From assembly GCA_963719225.1 (NCBI GenBank), contig CAVRAY010000001.1:3552001-3616000 (forward strand): DNA of 64,000 nt. The letters run 5' to 3'. Of the stretch, positions 20,613 through 30,569 are shown one piece after another. The translations under genes and the position numbers were made by a program. The DNA is from Thermoanaerobaculia bacterium. GTDB lineage: Bacteria > Acidobacteriota > Thermoanaerobaculia > UBA5066. Numbering within the stretch: position 1 is the stretch's first letter; each line of letters begins with the position of its first letter. The notes below the pieces were generated by a model. The model did not search any database and had not been told where the DNA came from. It saw nothing but the letters and a program-made list of their open reading frames with translations.

Positions 20613-22190
20613 ATGCCGGAACTTCCCACGACTCTCGGTGAACTGATCTCGGCAGGGTACGGGCCGAAGACCGTCAAGGACGAGGTGCGTGACAACCTCA
20701 TCGCCAAGCTCAGGAAGGGGGAGAACGTCTTCCCCGGCATCCTGGGCTACGAGAAGACCGTCATCCCGGCCCTCCAGAACGCGATCCTCGCGCGGCACGA
20801 CATCATCCTGCTCGGGTTGCGCGGCCAGGCGAAGACGCGGATCCTGCGCTCGCTCGTGAACCTCCTCGACGACGAGATCCCCGTCATCGTGGGCTCGGAG
20901 CTCAACGAGTCGCCGTTCGCGCCCTTCTCCGCGTTCGGCCGCCGCATGGCGGCCAGTGCGGGAAAGGACCTGCCCGTCGCCTGGCTCCCGCGCGGGGCGC
21001 GCTATCGCGAGAAGCTCGCCACTCCGGACGTCACGATCGCCGACCTCATCGGCGACGTCGACCCCGTGAAGGCCGCCACCCTGAGGAAGACGTTCGCCGA
21101 CGAGGACGTCATTCACTACGGAATCATCCCGCGCACGAACCGCGGCATCTTCGCCATCAACGAGCTGCCGGACCTGCAGCCGCGCATCCAGGTCGGGCTC
21201 CTGAACATCCTCGAGGAGCGCGACCTGCAGATCCGCGGCTTCCCGCTGCGCATCCCGCTCGACATCCTCATGGTCTTCTCGGCGAATCCCGAGGACTACA
21301 CGAACCGCGGCAACATCATCACGCCGCTCAAGGACCGCATCGCCTCGCAGATCCTCACGCATTACCCCCCAGACGCGAAGATCGCCTCGGCCATCACGGA
21401 CCAGGAATCGTGGATCGATCGCGAGACCCACGGCGTCACGGTGCTCCTCGGAGACGAGGTCAAGCTCCTCGTCGAGGAGATCGCGTTCGTTGCGCGACGG
21501 AGCGAGCTCGTGGACCAGTCCTCGGGCGTTTCGGCGCGTCTCGCGATCGCCGCGCGCGAGCTCCTCGTCTCGAACCTCGAGCGACGCGCGCTGAAGACGG
21601 GCGAGAGCGTCGTCGCGCCGCGCCTCGTGGATTTCTTCGCGACGCTGCCCGCGATCACGGGCAAGGTCGAGATGGTGTTCGAGGGAGAGCAACAGGGCGC
21701 GGAGATCGTCGCCAAGAAGCTCATCGGCGACGCCGTGAAGGCGCTCTTCGAGGCGAAGTTCCCCGCCGTGGAAGGCCCGCGCGCGCGCGCCGAGAGCCGG
21801 CGCCGGCCGCGCAGCGGCGAGCTGGACGAGGACGACCTGAGCGGTCCCACGACTCTCGAACGCGCCGAGGCCCGCCGGGGCACGGCGGCCGCGGCGGCGC
21901 CCCCCGGCCCCTACGACGACATCGTCGGAGCCTTCTCCGGCGACAAGAAGATCATCCTCTCGGACGACACGCCGTTCTCCGAGCACCTGAAGACGCTCGA
22001 ATCGGTGAAGGGCCTCTCGGACTTCGTCCTCAAGCACGCGAAGCCGCGGGACCACTACGAGCGCGCGTTCCTCATGGAGCTCGTCCTCGAGGGCCTCGTC
22101 CAGAACCTCCGCATCGCGCGCGAGGACCTCGACTCGACGGTCACGTACGCCGAGCTCGCGAAGTTCAACCTGATGAGAAGCCGGGGGTAG
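20613..22190 (+). CDS. Magnesium chelatase ChlI-like AAA+ ATPase
   Basis: GLRGQAKTR, EKLATPDVTIADLIGDVDP, INELPDL and SANPEDYTNRGNIITPLKDR. Confidence 0.88.
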   Translation: MPELPTTLGELISAGYGPKTVKDEVRDNLIAKLRKGENVFPGILGYEKTVIPALQNAILARHDIILLGLRGQAKTRILRSLVNLLDDEIPVIVGSELNESPFAPFSAFGRRMAASAGKDLPVAWLPRGARYREKLATPDVTIADLIGDVDPVKAATLRKTFADEDVIHYGIIPRTNRGIFAINELPDLQPRIQVGLLNILEERDLQIRGFPLRIPLDILMVFSANPEDYTNRGNIITPLKDRIASQILTHYPPDAKIASAITDQESWIDRETHGVTVLLGDEVKLLVEEIAFVARRSELVDQSSGVSARLAIAARELLVSNLERRALKTGESVVAPRLVDFFATLPAITGKVEMVFEGEQQGAEIVAKKLIGDAVKALFEAKFPAVEGPRARAESRRRPRSGELDEDDLSGPTTLERAEARRGTAAAAAPPGPYDDIVGAFSGDKKIILSDDTPFSEHLKTLESVKGLSDFVLKHAKPRDHYERAFLMELVLEGLVQNLRIAREDLDSTVTYAELAKFNLMRSRG

Positions 22191-22235
22191 GATCCCTGCG
22201 GCGCAGCGTGGCATCTACGCCACGAGCTGGAGCCA

Positions 22236-22469
22236 ATGAGAAAGCATTACGACTTTTCGCACGCGAGGCGCAACCCGTATGCGAAGCAACTCAAGCGGCA
22301 GGTGACGATTCGACTCGACGAGGACACCTTGACCTATTTTCGTGCCCTCGCGGGTGAGACGGCTATCCCCTACCAGACTCTGATCAATCTCTATCTGCGT
22401 GAGTGCGCGCGCTCGGGCCGACAACTTCGGCTCGAGTGGCGCGGCCCGAACGCCAAGCACGCGGCTTGA
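22236..22469 (+). CDS. BrnA/CopG-family antitoxin (no intact toxin adjacent)
   Basis: MRKHYDFS..RNPYAKQLKRQVTIRLD..YF..IPYQTLINLYLREC. Confidence 0.85.
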   Translation: MRKHYDFSHARRNPYAKQLKRQVTIRLDEDTLTYFRALAGETAIPYQTLINLYLRECARSGRQLRLEWRGPNAKHAA

Positions 22470-22491
22470 GGCGCAGGGCCTGGCCCGCTTC

Positions 22492-24324
22492 ATGCCTCAG
22501 TCTCGAGTCGCGGACGATCCAGGTCTCTTCGGGAGGCTCTTCGTCCCTTTCGCGCTCGTCTCCATTCTCCTCGCGGCCGCTCCGCTCGTCCCCCGCCTGA
22601 CGCCCGGCTGGCCGCGCGGATGGACCACCCTTCTTCCCCTCGTTCTGGCAGGAGTTTTCCTCTCCATCGCTCTCGTGCACGTCGCGCTGGGAGCGCGCCC
22701 ACGGATGCGCGACCTCCTCGTCGTGGGCGCCTTTCCGCTCTACGCCCTCTACACGGGGAACGGCCTTTCCCTCGCCTCGGCGGACAACGTGGCGACGCGC
22801 CGAATCGCGAGCCAGCTCGTGACGCGAGGAACGCTCGACCTTGCGCGCGACCCGCCCTACGAGGAATCGTTCTACTGGGCGACGGTGACGGTCCGCGGCC
22901 GGGTTCTCCCGGCGTTCCCCGTCGGGATCGGGCTCCTTCAGGTTCCCTACGCCGCCGTGGCTCTCGCGGCATCCCACGGCTCGATCACTCCTTCTCTCAT
23001 CGGCCGCTGGGAGAAACATTTCTCGGCGCTCCTCACCGTGGCCTCGGTCGCGATCTTCTTCCTTGCCGTCTCACGCTCCCTCGGCAGACGCGCGGCGTGG
23101 GGAACCACCGCCGTCCTCGCGCTCGCGACGAGCCTTCCAAGCTGCGCCGCGCAATCCATGTGGTCGTCGACCGGCGAGCTCTTCTGCACGTCGCTCGCGC
23201 TCCTCTTTCTGATGCCGGGAGAAGCCGCGCTCCGGAGACCCGCCGCGGCGGGGGCCGCGATGGCGGCGGCGTTTCTCTGCCGCCCGACGGCGCTCGTCTC
23301 TCTCTCCGTCCTCGGCGTTCTCGCATGGCGCGAGGGCCGTCGCGAAGCGGCGCGCTACGGTTTCGCGGCAGCGGCTGGAATGGCCGTGATTCTCCTCTGG
23401 CAGGTCCAGGTCTTCGGAAATCCGCTCGGAGGCTACGGCATCCTGGGTTCGCTGGAAGGGGCGTGGGGTAGAACGATTCCGACGAGCTTCGCCGGGACGC
23501 TGCTGAGCCCGAGCCGGGGAATCCTCGTCTGGCATCCTTGGCTGCTCTTGTTGCCCGTTGCGGCGATGAGCCCCCGGCCCGAATGGCTTCGAGAATGGTG
23601 GCGCGGTTCTTTCGCCGTTCTCCTCCTGACGTGGCTCGTGGTCTCCCTCTTCACGAAATGGTGGGGGGGCGGCTGCCTGGGACCCAGGTATTTCACGGGA
23701 GTCGCACCTTTTCTCGCCCTGCTCACCGTCCCCCTCTGGACGGCGGCTTCGAAACGAACGCGCGCCGCGCTCGTCGGCACCTTCGCGATCGCTTCGGCGA
23801 CGCAGCTCCTCGCGGCGTACAACCCGAAAGTCTCCGATTGGAGCCACCTCGTGAACGTCGACGACTATCCGCGCGTTCTCTGGTCGGTTCGCGACAGCCA
23901 GCTCGCGGCCGCCTGGTGGCCACGCTGGAAGCTCAGTGACGCGTTCCTGTCCACGCTCCCGAGAGTCTCCGGGCGAGAAGACGGGTCGTTGCTCGGATCC
24001 ATGGACGAACCAAGGGATGGAGCGACCGTCATTGGGTCCCTTCGTGTGAAGGGATGGGCGCGCGCACCTGGCGAGGATCTCGACGTGAAGCTCTTTCTCG
24101 ACGGCGCGATCATGGCGGCGCCGATCCGCCGCGTCCCGAGGCCCGGGCTTGAGGCGGCAATTCCGTCGCTTGGCGACTGCTCGCGGGCCGGCTGGGAATC
24201 CGTCATCGAGTATCCGCGCGAAGGCTCGCCGAACGCGCACGAGCTGACCGCCGTCTTCCTCACGCGCGACGGGCGTTTTCGTTCCTACCCGGTCCGGCGC
24301 TTCACGTGGAGGCCATCACCGTAA
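22492..24324 (+). CDS. Multi-TM GT-C-like glycosyltransferase with C-terminal Ig-like domain
   Basis: Many TM helices, FGNPLGGY, LLSPSRG and WWGG..GPRY; C-terminal GSMDEP..V.GWAR..GEDL domain. Confidence 0.7.
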   Translation: MPQSRVADDPGLFGRLFVPFALVSILLAAAPLVPRLTPGWPRGWTTLLPLVLAGVFLSIALVHVALGARPRMRDLLVVGAFPLYALYTGNGLSLASADNVATRRIASQLVTRGTLDLARDPPYEESFYWATVTVRGRVLPAFPVGIGLLQVPYAAVALAASHGSITPSLIGRWEKHFSALLTVASVAIFFLAVSRSLGRRAAWGTTAVLALATSLPSCAAQSMWSSTGELFCTSLALLFLMPGEAALRRPAAAGAAMAAAFLCRPTALVSLSVLGVLAWREGRREAARYGFAAAAGMAVILLWQVQVFGNPLGGYGILGSLEGAWGRTIPTSFAGTLLSPSRGILVWHPWLLLLPVAAMSPRPEWLREWWRGSFAVLLLTWLVVSLFTKWWGGGCLGPRYFTGVAPFLALLTVPLWTAASKRTRAALVGTFAIASATQLLAAYNPKVSDWSHLVNVDDYPRVLWSVRDSQLAAAWWPRWKLSDAFLSTLPRVSGREDGSLLGSMDEPRDGATVIGSLRVKGWARAPGEDLDVKLFLDGAIMAAPIRRVPRPGLEAAIPSLGDCSRAGWESVIEYPREGSPNAHELTAVFLTRDGRFRSYPVRRFTWRPSP

Positions 24325-24369
24325 CGCGTCGCGAACGGGCTCGAGCCGGCGAGCGGTAGACTTCGCGCC

Positions 24370-25875
24370 ATGCCGATCACACGCCGTGACGTCCTCGGCG
24401 CCGCCGCCACCTCCGCGGCCGCGCTCGCCCTCCCGCGCTTCCTTTCCGCCGCCGACGACCTTTCCGCGATCTACGCCGAGATCTCTCGCCGCCACGCCGA
24501 GTCCGTCAAACGCCTGCAGGACTGGATCAAGGTCCCCTCGATCGCCGCCGAGAACAAGGGGACGAACGAGGGATGCGATCTCATGATCCAGCTCCTGAAG
24601 GACGCCGGCTTCCAGAAGGCCGTGCGCGCCGACACGAGCGGCAAGCCGGGCGTCTTCGCGACGCTCGACGCGGGCGCGCCGCGAACGGTCGGCCTCTACT
24701 TCATGTACGACGTGAAGCAGGTCGATCCCGCCGAGTGGTCGTCTCCTCCGTTCGACGCGGCGATCGTGGACAAGCCGGGCTTCGGCAAGGTGGTCATGGG
24801 CCGCGGCGCCGTGAACCAGAAGGGCCCCGAGTCCGCCTGCCTGGCCGCGCTCCACGCCATTCGCGGCGCGGGGAAGAAGGTTCCCGTCAACCTCGTCCTC
24901 GTCGCGGAGGGCGAAGAGGAGATCGGCTCGCCGCACTTCGCCGAGGTCGTGCGGCGGCCGGACGTCAGCGCGGCTCTCGCGAAGACGACGGGCGTCTTCA
25001 TGCCGTCCGCTTCGCAGGATCCGGACGGTGCCGTCACCGTCTCGCTCGGCGCCAAGGGCGTCGTGGAGCTCGAGCTCGTCGCGAGCGGCGAGAAGTGGGG
25101 ACGCGGCCCGTCGAAGGACGTCCACTCGAGCAACCGGGCGCGGCTCGACAGCCCCGCGTTCCACCTCGTACAGGCGCTCGCCACGCTCGTGAACGCCGAT
25201 GGCGACCCGGCCATCGACGGCTTCGCCGAGAAGGTGCGTCCGCCTTCCGCGAAAGAGCGCGAGATCCTCGATCGGGCCGCCTCCCGCCTCGACGAGGCGA
25301 CCGCCAAGAAAGCGCTCGCGACGAAACGCTGGGCGCACGACCTGCCGTGGCGCGCCACGCTCGAGCGGTATCTCTACACTCCCACCGTGAACATCGAGGG
25401 GCTCGTCGGCGGCTACACAGGGCCCGGCGGAAAGACCGTCCTCCCCCACCGAGTGGTCGCGAAGCTGGACCTGCGTCTCGTGCCCGACATGACGTTCGAC
25501 GCCGCGGTCGCGGCGCTGAAGGCGCATCTCGCCAGGCGCGGCTTCGGCGACATCGAGGTGAACCCGAGCGGCGGCTACGACCCGACCGATTCGCCCGCGG
25601 ACGCGCCCCTCATCCGGGCCCAGATGGCGACCTACCGGCGCAGCGGCCTCGATCCGATCCTCTGGCCACGCAACGCCGGCTCGTATCCCGGCTGGGTGTT
25701 CACGACACCCCCCCTCGGCCTTGCCGCGGGCCACTTCGGCCTCGGCCATGGCAGCGGCGCGCACGCCCCCGACGAGTACTACGTGATCGAGTCCTCGAAC
25801 CCGAAGGTGTCGGGATACGACGGCGCCGTGCGCTCGTTCGTGGACTACCTCTACGAGCTCGCCACCATCGCCTGA
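24370..25875 (+). CDS. M20/M25/M40 family metallopeptidase with Tat signal
   Basis: TRRDVL twin-arginine motif; MYDVKQ, GRGAVNQKG, EGEEEIGS and AHAPDEY. Confidence 0.9.
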   Translation: MPITRRDVLGAAATSAAALALPRFLSAADDLSAIYAEISRRHAESVKRLQDWIKVPSIAAENKGTNEGCDLMIQLLKDAGFQKAVRADTSGKPGVFATLDAGAPRTVGLYFMYDVKQVDPAEWSSPPFDAAIVDKPGFGKVVMGRGAVNQKGPESACLAALHAIRGAGKKVPVNLVLVAEGEEEIGSPHFAEVVRRPDVSAALAKTTGVFMPSASQDPDGAVTVSLGAKGVVELELVASGEKWGRGPSKDVHSSNRARLDSPAFHLVQALATLVNADGDPAIDGFAEKVRPPSAKEREILDRAASRLDEATAKKALATKRWAHDLPWRATLERYLYTPTVNIEGLVGGYTGPGGKTVLPHRVVAKLDLRLVPDMTFDAAVAALKAHLARRGFGDIEVNPSGGYDPTDSPADAPLIRAQMATYRRSGLDPILWPRNAGSYPGWVFTTPPLGLAAGHFGLGHGSGAHAPDEYYVIESSNPKVSGYDGAVRSFVDYLYELATIA

Positions 25876-25882
25876 AGAGCGC

Positions 25883-28132
25883 TCACGGACCGGCCTTCAC
25901 GATGATCCGCCGTCCCGGATAGTGCCGCTCCCTTCCGTCACGGGAGCCGAAGACGACCGCCAGCTCGTGAAAGCCGGCGTCCTCGGGTCCGAGCGCCACG
26001 CGCGCCTCGTAGCCGGCCGTCTCGCACGATCCGAGCCGCGGAACGGCGGCCGCCACCTCCGGGCGGGCCGTGCGCCGGATTTCGACGGGGGCGCGCACGA
26101 CGCCGTCGAGCGCCACCTGGACGTCCAGGTCCTCTCCCGGGACGCGCGCCCAGCCGCGCACGACGAGCGGGCCCTGAATCTCCGCCCCCTCGGCAGGCTC
26201 GTCGATGCTTCCGAGGAGCCCGATGTCTTCCCGCCGGCCGTCGCGCGGCCTCGGCGGCCGCCGTAGGAGAAGCTTCCGGGCCGACAGTGCACCGGCTTCT
26301 TGTTCGTTTGTCGCGAAGCGCGGGGGCGGCGCTTCGAGCTCGAGGACCACGACATCGAAGCGCGTGGAGCTGGAGAAGAACGGGAGCTCGTACCGACTCT
26401 CCCGCCGGACCGCGAAACCGCGGCGTTCAAGTCTCTTTTTCGTCAGCTCGAGATCCTTCCCGAGGGAAAGGCTCGCGATCGAGCGGCCCCTCGTGGCCTG
26501 GAGCGCTTCGTAGAAGCGGACCTGATTGGCCGGCAGCTCGAAGTACGTGTCGACGTTCAATCCGATCACCGGCAGGCGCGGCGCGAGGAGCGCCATCAGC
26601 CCGTTCGTCCTCGGCGAAGCGTCGACCCATCCCACGAACGTCGAGAGCGCGTTCCGAAAATCTGCCGGCGCGTCGTTCTTCAGGTCACGGTCGAACCCGA
26701 CGCGGCGAAGCTCCTGCCAGGCGGCACGAGGCTCGTGAAACACCGTCGGCCGGCCCCTCCAGTCGCTGCGCGAAACGTACGTGAGAGCCACGCAGGACTG
26801 AGCTCCGAGGAGCGCGACGGGAAACCAGGCAACGAGTCGCAGGGCGGGACTTCCCTCCGAAGCAGCGGCGATGCCGCGCGCCGCAAGGAGGACGAGGACG
26901 AGCCCGCCCGAGAGCTCCGCGAACAGGCCGTACCGGTGGTTGCCCGATCCGAAGCTCCAGAGAACCGACCCCAGGATCACGATGACGGCGAGACCGATGA
27001 GCCGCCGGTCTCGCTGGTCGCGCGGACGGATCAGGAGCGTCGCGACCGCACCGAGAAAGCCGAGCGCGAGCCTGCCCGAGGTGACGCCCAGCTCGCTGAG
27101 CCTCTCGGGATGGAGCACGGAGACGACCGGCCAGACGAATGCCTGAAGCCGCGAGGTCGGGCCGAACCGGTCATCGCCGGTGTTGAACGGCGGGAAGAGC
27201 GGCGAGCGGAAGAGGGCGTTGAAGTACGGGAAAACGGGGTTCCCCGTCGTCCACCAGAGGAGCAGCGTGTGGGAGGCCATCGGAAGGAGGAAGGCGACCG
27301 CGGCCAGCGCCCAGGCACGTGCTCTCTTCCGCGTTTCGCGGCGGCCTGAAGGGACGAGGAGGAGGCGGCCCACGGCGACGACCCCGATGGCAGCGGCGAA
27401 CACGAGGTTCGTCAGCTTGAAGGCGACGGCCGACCCGAGGAGGAGGCCGACGAGCGGCAAGTCGTCGAGCGGGTCACGCTCCTCCTCCTCGCGCGGGACG
27501 ACGAGGACCGCCGCCTCGAGAAGCAGCGGCAAGCCGAAGAGATCGACCATGTAGTTGCCGACTTCCCACAGGATCCCCTCCGAGCAGACGATCCACAGAA
27601 CCGCCAGCGCGCGGACGAATCGCGAGGCGATCGCCGGCTCGAGGACGCGGAAGAGGATCGCGGCGGTCCAGAGAAGGACGAGGCAGCTCCCGATCGTTCC
27701 GAGCCGACACCCGAGGATGGTTCTCAGCAAGGCCGCGACCATGTCGGGAGCCGGGTTCAGAAACGGGAAATTGTTCGGGTAGAAATCACCGGGAATCGCG
27801 AGGAGGCCGCGGAGGGCCCGCTCACCGTGGAGGATGTGGTAATTCAGGTTGTCGAAGGCGAGGTCCGGAGAGGCCAGGTGGAGCGCCCAGAAGAGCGCGA
27901 GCGGCGCGGCCGTGACCAGCCAGAACGCCGCCGGGAGGGGCGGCTGAGGCCGACGGGAGCGCAGACGAAGGAAGGCGAGGAGCGCCGCCACGCCGATCGA
28001 CGCGGCCCAGGCGACCTTCTCGGGAAGAAGCCAGAAAGCCTGCCTGACCAGGACGAGCGCGTAGAGAAACGCGAGGAGGTCGCCAGCGTCGAGCCGGCCT
28101 CTCGCGCGGCGGGACGCGGGGCTCTCGGGCAT
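25883..28132 (-). CDS. Multi-TM GT-C-like membrane protein with C-terminal Ig-like domain
   Basis: FDNLNYH, YMVDL, KLTN and TGNPVFPYFNALF; C-terminal GSIDEP..VRGWARVPGEDL domain. Confidence 0.7.
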   Translation of the reverse strand: MPESPASRRARGRLDAGDLLAFLYALVLVRQAFWLLPEKVAWAASIGVAALLAFLRLRSRRPQPPLPAAFWLVTAAPLALFWALHLASPDLAFDNLNYHILHGERALRGLLAIPGDFYPNNFPFLNPAPDMVAALLRTILGCRLGTIGSCLVLLWTAAILFRVLEPAIASRFVRALAVLWIVCSEGILWEVGNYMVDLFGLPLLLEAAVLVVPREEEERDPLDDLPLVGLLLGSAVAFKLTNLVFAAAIGVVAVGRLLLVPSGRRETRKRARAWALAAVAFLLPMASHTLLLWWTTGNPVFPYFNALFRSPLFPPFNTGDDRFGPTSRLQAFVWPVVSVLHPERLSELGVTSGRLALGFLGAVATLLIRPRDQRDRRLIGLAVIVILGSVLWSFGSGNHRYGLFAELSGGLVLVLLAARGIAAASEGSPALRLVAWFPVALLGAQSCVALTYVSRSDWRGRPTVFHEPRAAWQELRRVGFDRDLKNDAPADFRNALSTFVGWVDASPRTNGLMALLAPRLPVIGLNVDTYFELPANQVRFYEALQATRGRSIASLSLGKDLELTKKRLERRGFAVRRESRYELPFFSSSTRFDVVVLELEAPPPRFATNEQEAGALSARKLLLRRPPRPRDGRREDIGLLGSIDEPAEGAEIQGPLVVRGWARVPGEDLDVQVALDGVVRAPVEIRRTARPEVAAAVPRLGSCETAGYEARVALGPEDAGFHELAVVFGSRDGRERHYPGRRIIVKAGP

Positions 28133-28184
28133 GAGGACGTCCGGAGCATACGCATTCCGTGCCGCGCCGAATATCATCGCGTCC

Positions 28185-30569
28185 GTGCCGGCCGAATCCA
28201 GAGTCCGGGTGCGCGCTTTTGGGCGCGAGGTTCTCGTGTTCCTCGCCTTCCTCGGCCTGACCGCCGTCATGACGTGGCCGTGGGTCCTCCATCTGCGCGA
28301 CCACTGCTCGGACACCGGAGACCCTTATCTCGTGTCGTGGACGCTGTGGTGGGATTTTCACCAGACGTTCCACGACCCCTTCCACCTCTTCGACGGAAAC
28401 GTGTTCTTTCCGATGAAGTACAGTCTCGCCTTCAGCGAGCACAACTACGGCATCGCGATGCTTTTTTTCCCGTTTTTTCCCCTCGGCCTGCGTCCGCTCA
28501 CCGCGCACGGCCTCGCGATGCTCCTCGGGTTCGCGTTCTCGGGTTACGGCGCGTTCCGTCTCGCGCGCACGCTCACCGGCTCGACAGGCGCGGCGTGGGT
28601 GGCCGGCATCGCGTTCGCGTTCGTGCCGTACCGCTTCGGCCAGATGCCGCACCTCCCGTACATGTTCTGCGGCTGGATTCCGATTCTCCTCGAGGCGCTC
28701 GTCCTTTTCGTGCGAGAAAGAACGCCGAAAAGGGCGGCCTGGCTCGGGGCCGCCTTCTTTCTGAACGGCCTCTCGGTCATCCACTGGATGGTTCTGACGC
28801 TCATTCCCCTCGCCGCCACGAGCTTCGCTCTTGGGTTCCGGAATGGCGCCGTGCGGGACCGGGAAGGACTGAAACGAGGGGCTCTCGCTCTCGGAATCGC
28901 CGGATTCGCGCTCCTTCCCTTCCTCGTCCCCTACCAGAGGGCCGCGAAGCTCTACGGCTTCACGCGGCATGCCGGCGATGCGATGCACTACTCGGCCATG
29001 CCGAAGCACTGGCTCAGCATGGATCCTCTTAATCGGACTTGGCGAGGCTTTGCCGAAAACCCCTGGCCGGTCGAGCGCCTTCTGTTTCCGGGACTGCTGC
29101 TGCTCCTGCTTCCGCTCGCCGCTGTTCTACTTTCGGCGGCCGAACCGGGCGATGCTCTGAGGAGCGACCCCGCCCCACCATTCGATCCGCGCCGTCGCCG
29201 TCTTCTCGGCTGGCTGGACGGGATCTCGGTCGTCGCGGGAACGCTCGCGCTCTTCGCCGCGAGCCCGACCGGCATCCACGTTCGTCTCGGAGGAAAGGAA
29301 GTCTTCAGCGCCACGGAGTCGTCCCGCGCACTCGCCGTTCTTGCGGCCGCGCTCCTCACGCGTTGGTGGATCGCCTACCCGAAGGCGTTGTCCTTCATGC
29401 GCGGCCGAAACATCCCCGAAAGCCTGAGTCTCCTCCGCCGGCCCGACGCGATCCTCGTCGGCGGCAGCTGGGCGATCCTCGGCTTCTTCGGCTCGCTCGG
29501 GATGAACTTCCCGTTTCACCGCGTGCTCTTCGAGGCGGTCTTCCTCTTTCGCAGCATCCGCGTTCCCGCGCGCTGGGCCATGATCGCGTACCTCGGCCTC
29601 GCGATCCTCGCGGGCGCCGGGGCGCAGGCTCTCGCGGAGGCGTGGCGGCGTCGCGGCGGCGCACGCATGGCGAGTCTCGTCTTCGTCCTAGCCGGCCTCG
29701 GCCTCCTCTTCGAGGACCGGGCCGCGCCGCTCGACCTCATTCGCGGCGAGGCGGATCCCGACGAGGTCACGCGCTTCCTCGCGCAAACGCCGATGAAGGG
29801 CGGCCTCGTCGAGCTTCCGGCGGGCACCGAGGACCACGGCAACTACCGCGCCGTGCTCCGCGCCGCCGACCACCGCAAGCCACTCGTCACGGCCGTCTCG
29901 GGCTTCGGGTCTCCCATCGTGAGCCGTATCGAGGAGGACGAGCGGAAAGCGCCGATTCCCGACGACCTCCTCGACTTCCTCGAGAAGATCCCGACGTCGT
30001 ACGTCCTCGTGCGCGACTCCTGGCTTTCGGCCGAGCTGCGCGGCCCGCACCGCGAGTGGCTCGCACGGGGGATGGCCTCGGGACGGCTCCGCTTCGTGAA
30101 GCGCTTCGATCGCCGCCTCCGAAACGAGCTGTATGCCATCGTCAGGAACGAACCGGAGGCGAAGGCGCTCGAGCCGCTGCCGTGGACTCTTTCGGGGGGG
30201 CCCCTGCCTCCTCCGGCGCTCTACCGCGAGGACCCAACCCTCCTCGGCTCCATCGACGAGCCCGGCGAGGGCGCCGTCGTGACCGGACCGCTCACGGTGC
30301 GCGGCTGGGCCCGCACGAACGGCGAAGACCTCCACGTCACCGTCACGATCGACGGAGAGGAGCGCAGGTTTATCAAGGGCGCGCGCGTGCCGCGACCCGA
30401 GGTTCAGGCCGTTCTTCCTTCTCTCGGCGACTGCCGGACCGCCGGCTACGAGGCGACGTACGCGTTCGAGGCTGGGGACGAGGGCCCCCATGAGATCCAG
30501 GCGCTGTTCCGGGCGTCCGACGGCCGGCAGCGCCATTACCCGCCTCGGAGATTCACCTGGAAACGGTGA
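28185..30569 (+). CDS. YfhO/GT-C-like membrane protein with C-terminal Ig-like domain
   Basis: MTWP, GDPYL.SW.L.WD, DGNVFFP..SLAFSE, AFAFVPYR and IRVPARW; same C-terminal domain. Start uncertain (28131 or 28185). Confidence 0.75.
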   Translation: MPAESRVRVRAFGREVLVFLAFLGLTAVMTWPWVLHLRDHCSDTGDPYLVSWTLWWDFHQTFHDPFHLFDGNVFFPMKYSLAFSEHNYGIAMLFFPFFPLGLRPLTAHGLAMLLGFAFSGYGAFRLARTLTGSTGAAWVAGIAFAFVPYRFGQMPHLPYMFCGWIPILLEALVLFVRERTPKRAAWLGAAFFLNGLSVIHWMVLTLIPLAATSFALGFRNGAVRDREGLKRGALALGIAGFALLPFLVPYQRAAKLYGFTRHAGDAMHYSAMPKHWLSMDPLNRTWRGFAENPWPVERLLFPGLLLLLLPLAAVLLSAAEPGDALRSDPAPPFDPRRRRLLGWLDGISVVAGTLALFAASPTGIHVRLGGKEVFSATESSRALAVLAAALLTRWWIAYPKALSFMRGRNIPESLSLLRRPDAILVGGSWAILGFFGSLGMNFPFHRVLFEAVFLFRSIRVPARWAMIAYLGLAILAGAGAQALAEAWRRRGGARMASLVFVLAGLGLLFEDRAAPLDLIRGEADPDEVTRFLAQTPMKGGLVELPAGTEDHGNYRAVLRAADHRKPLVTAVSGFGSPIVSRIEEDERKAPIPDDLLDFLEKIPTSYVLVRDSWLSAELRGPHREWLARGMASGRLRFVKRFDRRLRNELYAIVRNEPEAKALEPLPWTLSGGPLPPPALYREDPTLLGSIDEPGEGAVVTGPLTVRGWARTNGEDLHVTVTIDGEERRFIKGARVPRPEVQAVLPSLGDCRTAGYEATYAFEAGDEGPHEIQALFRASDGRQRHYPPRRFTWKR

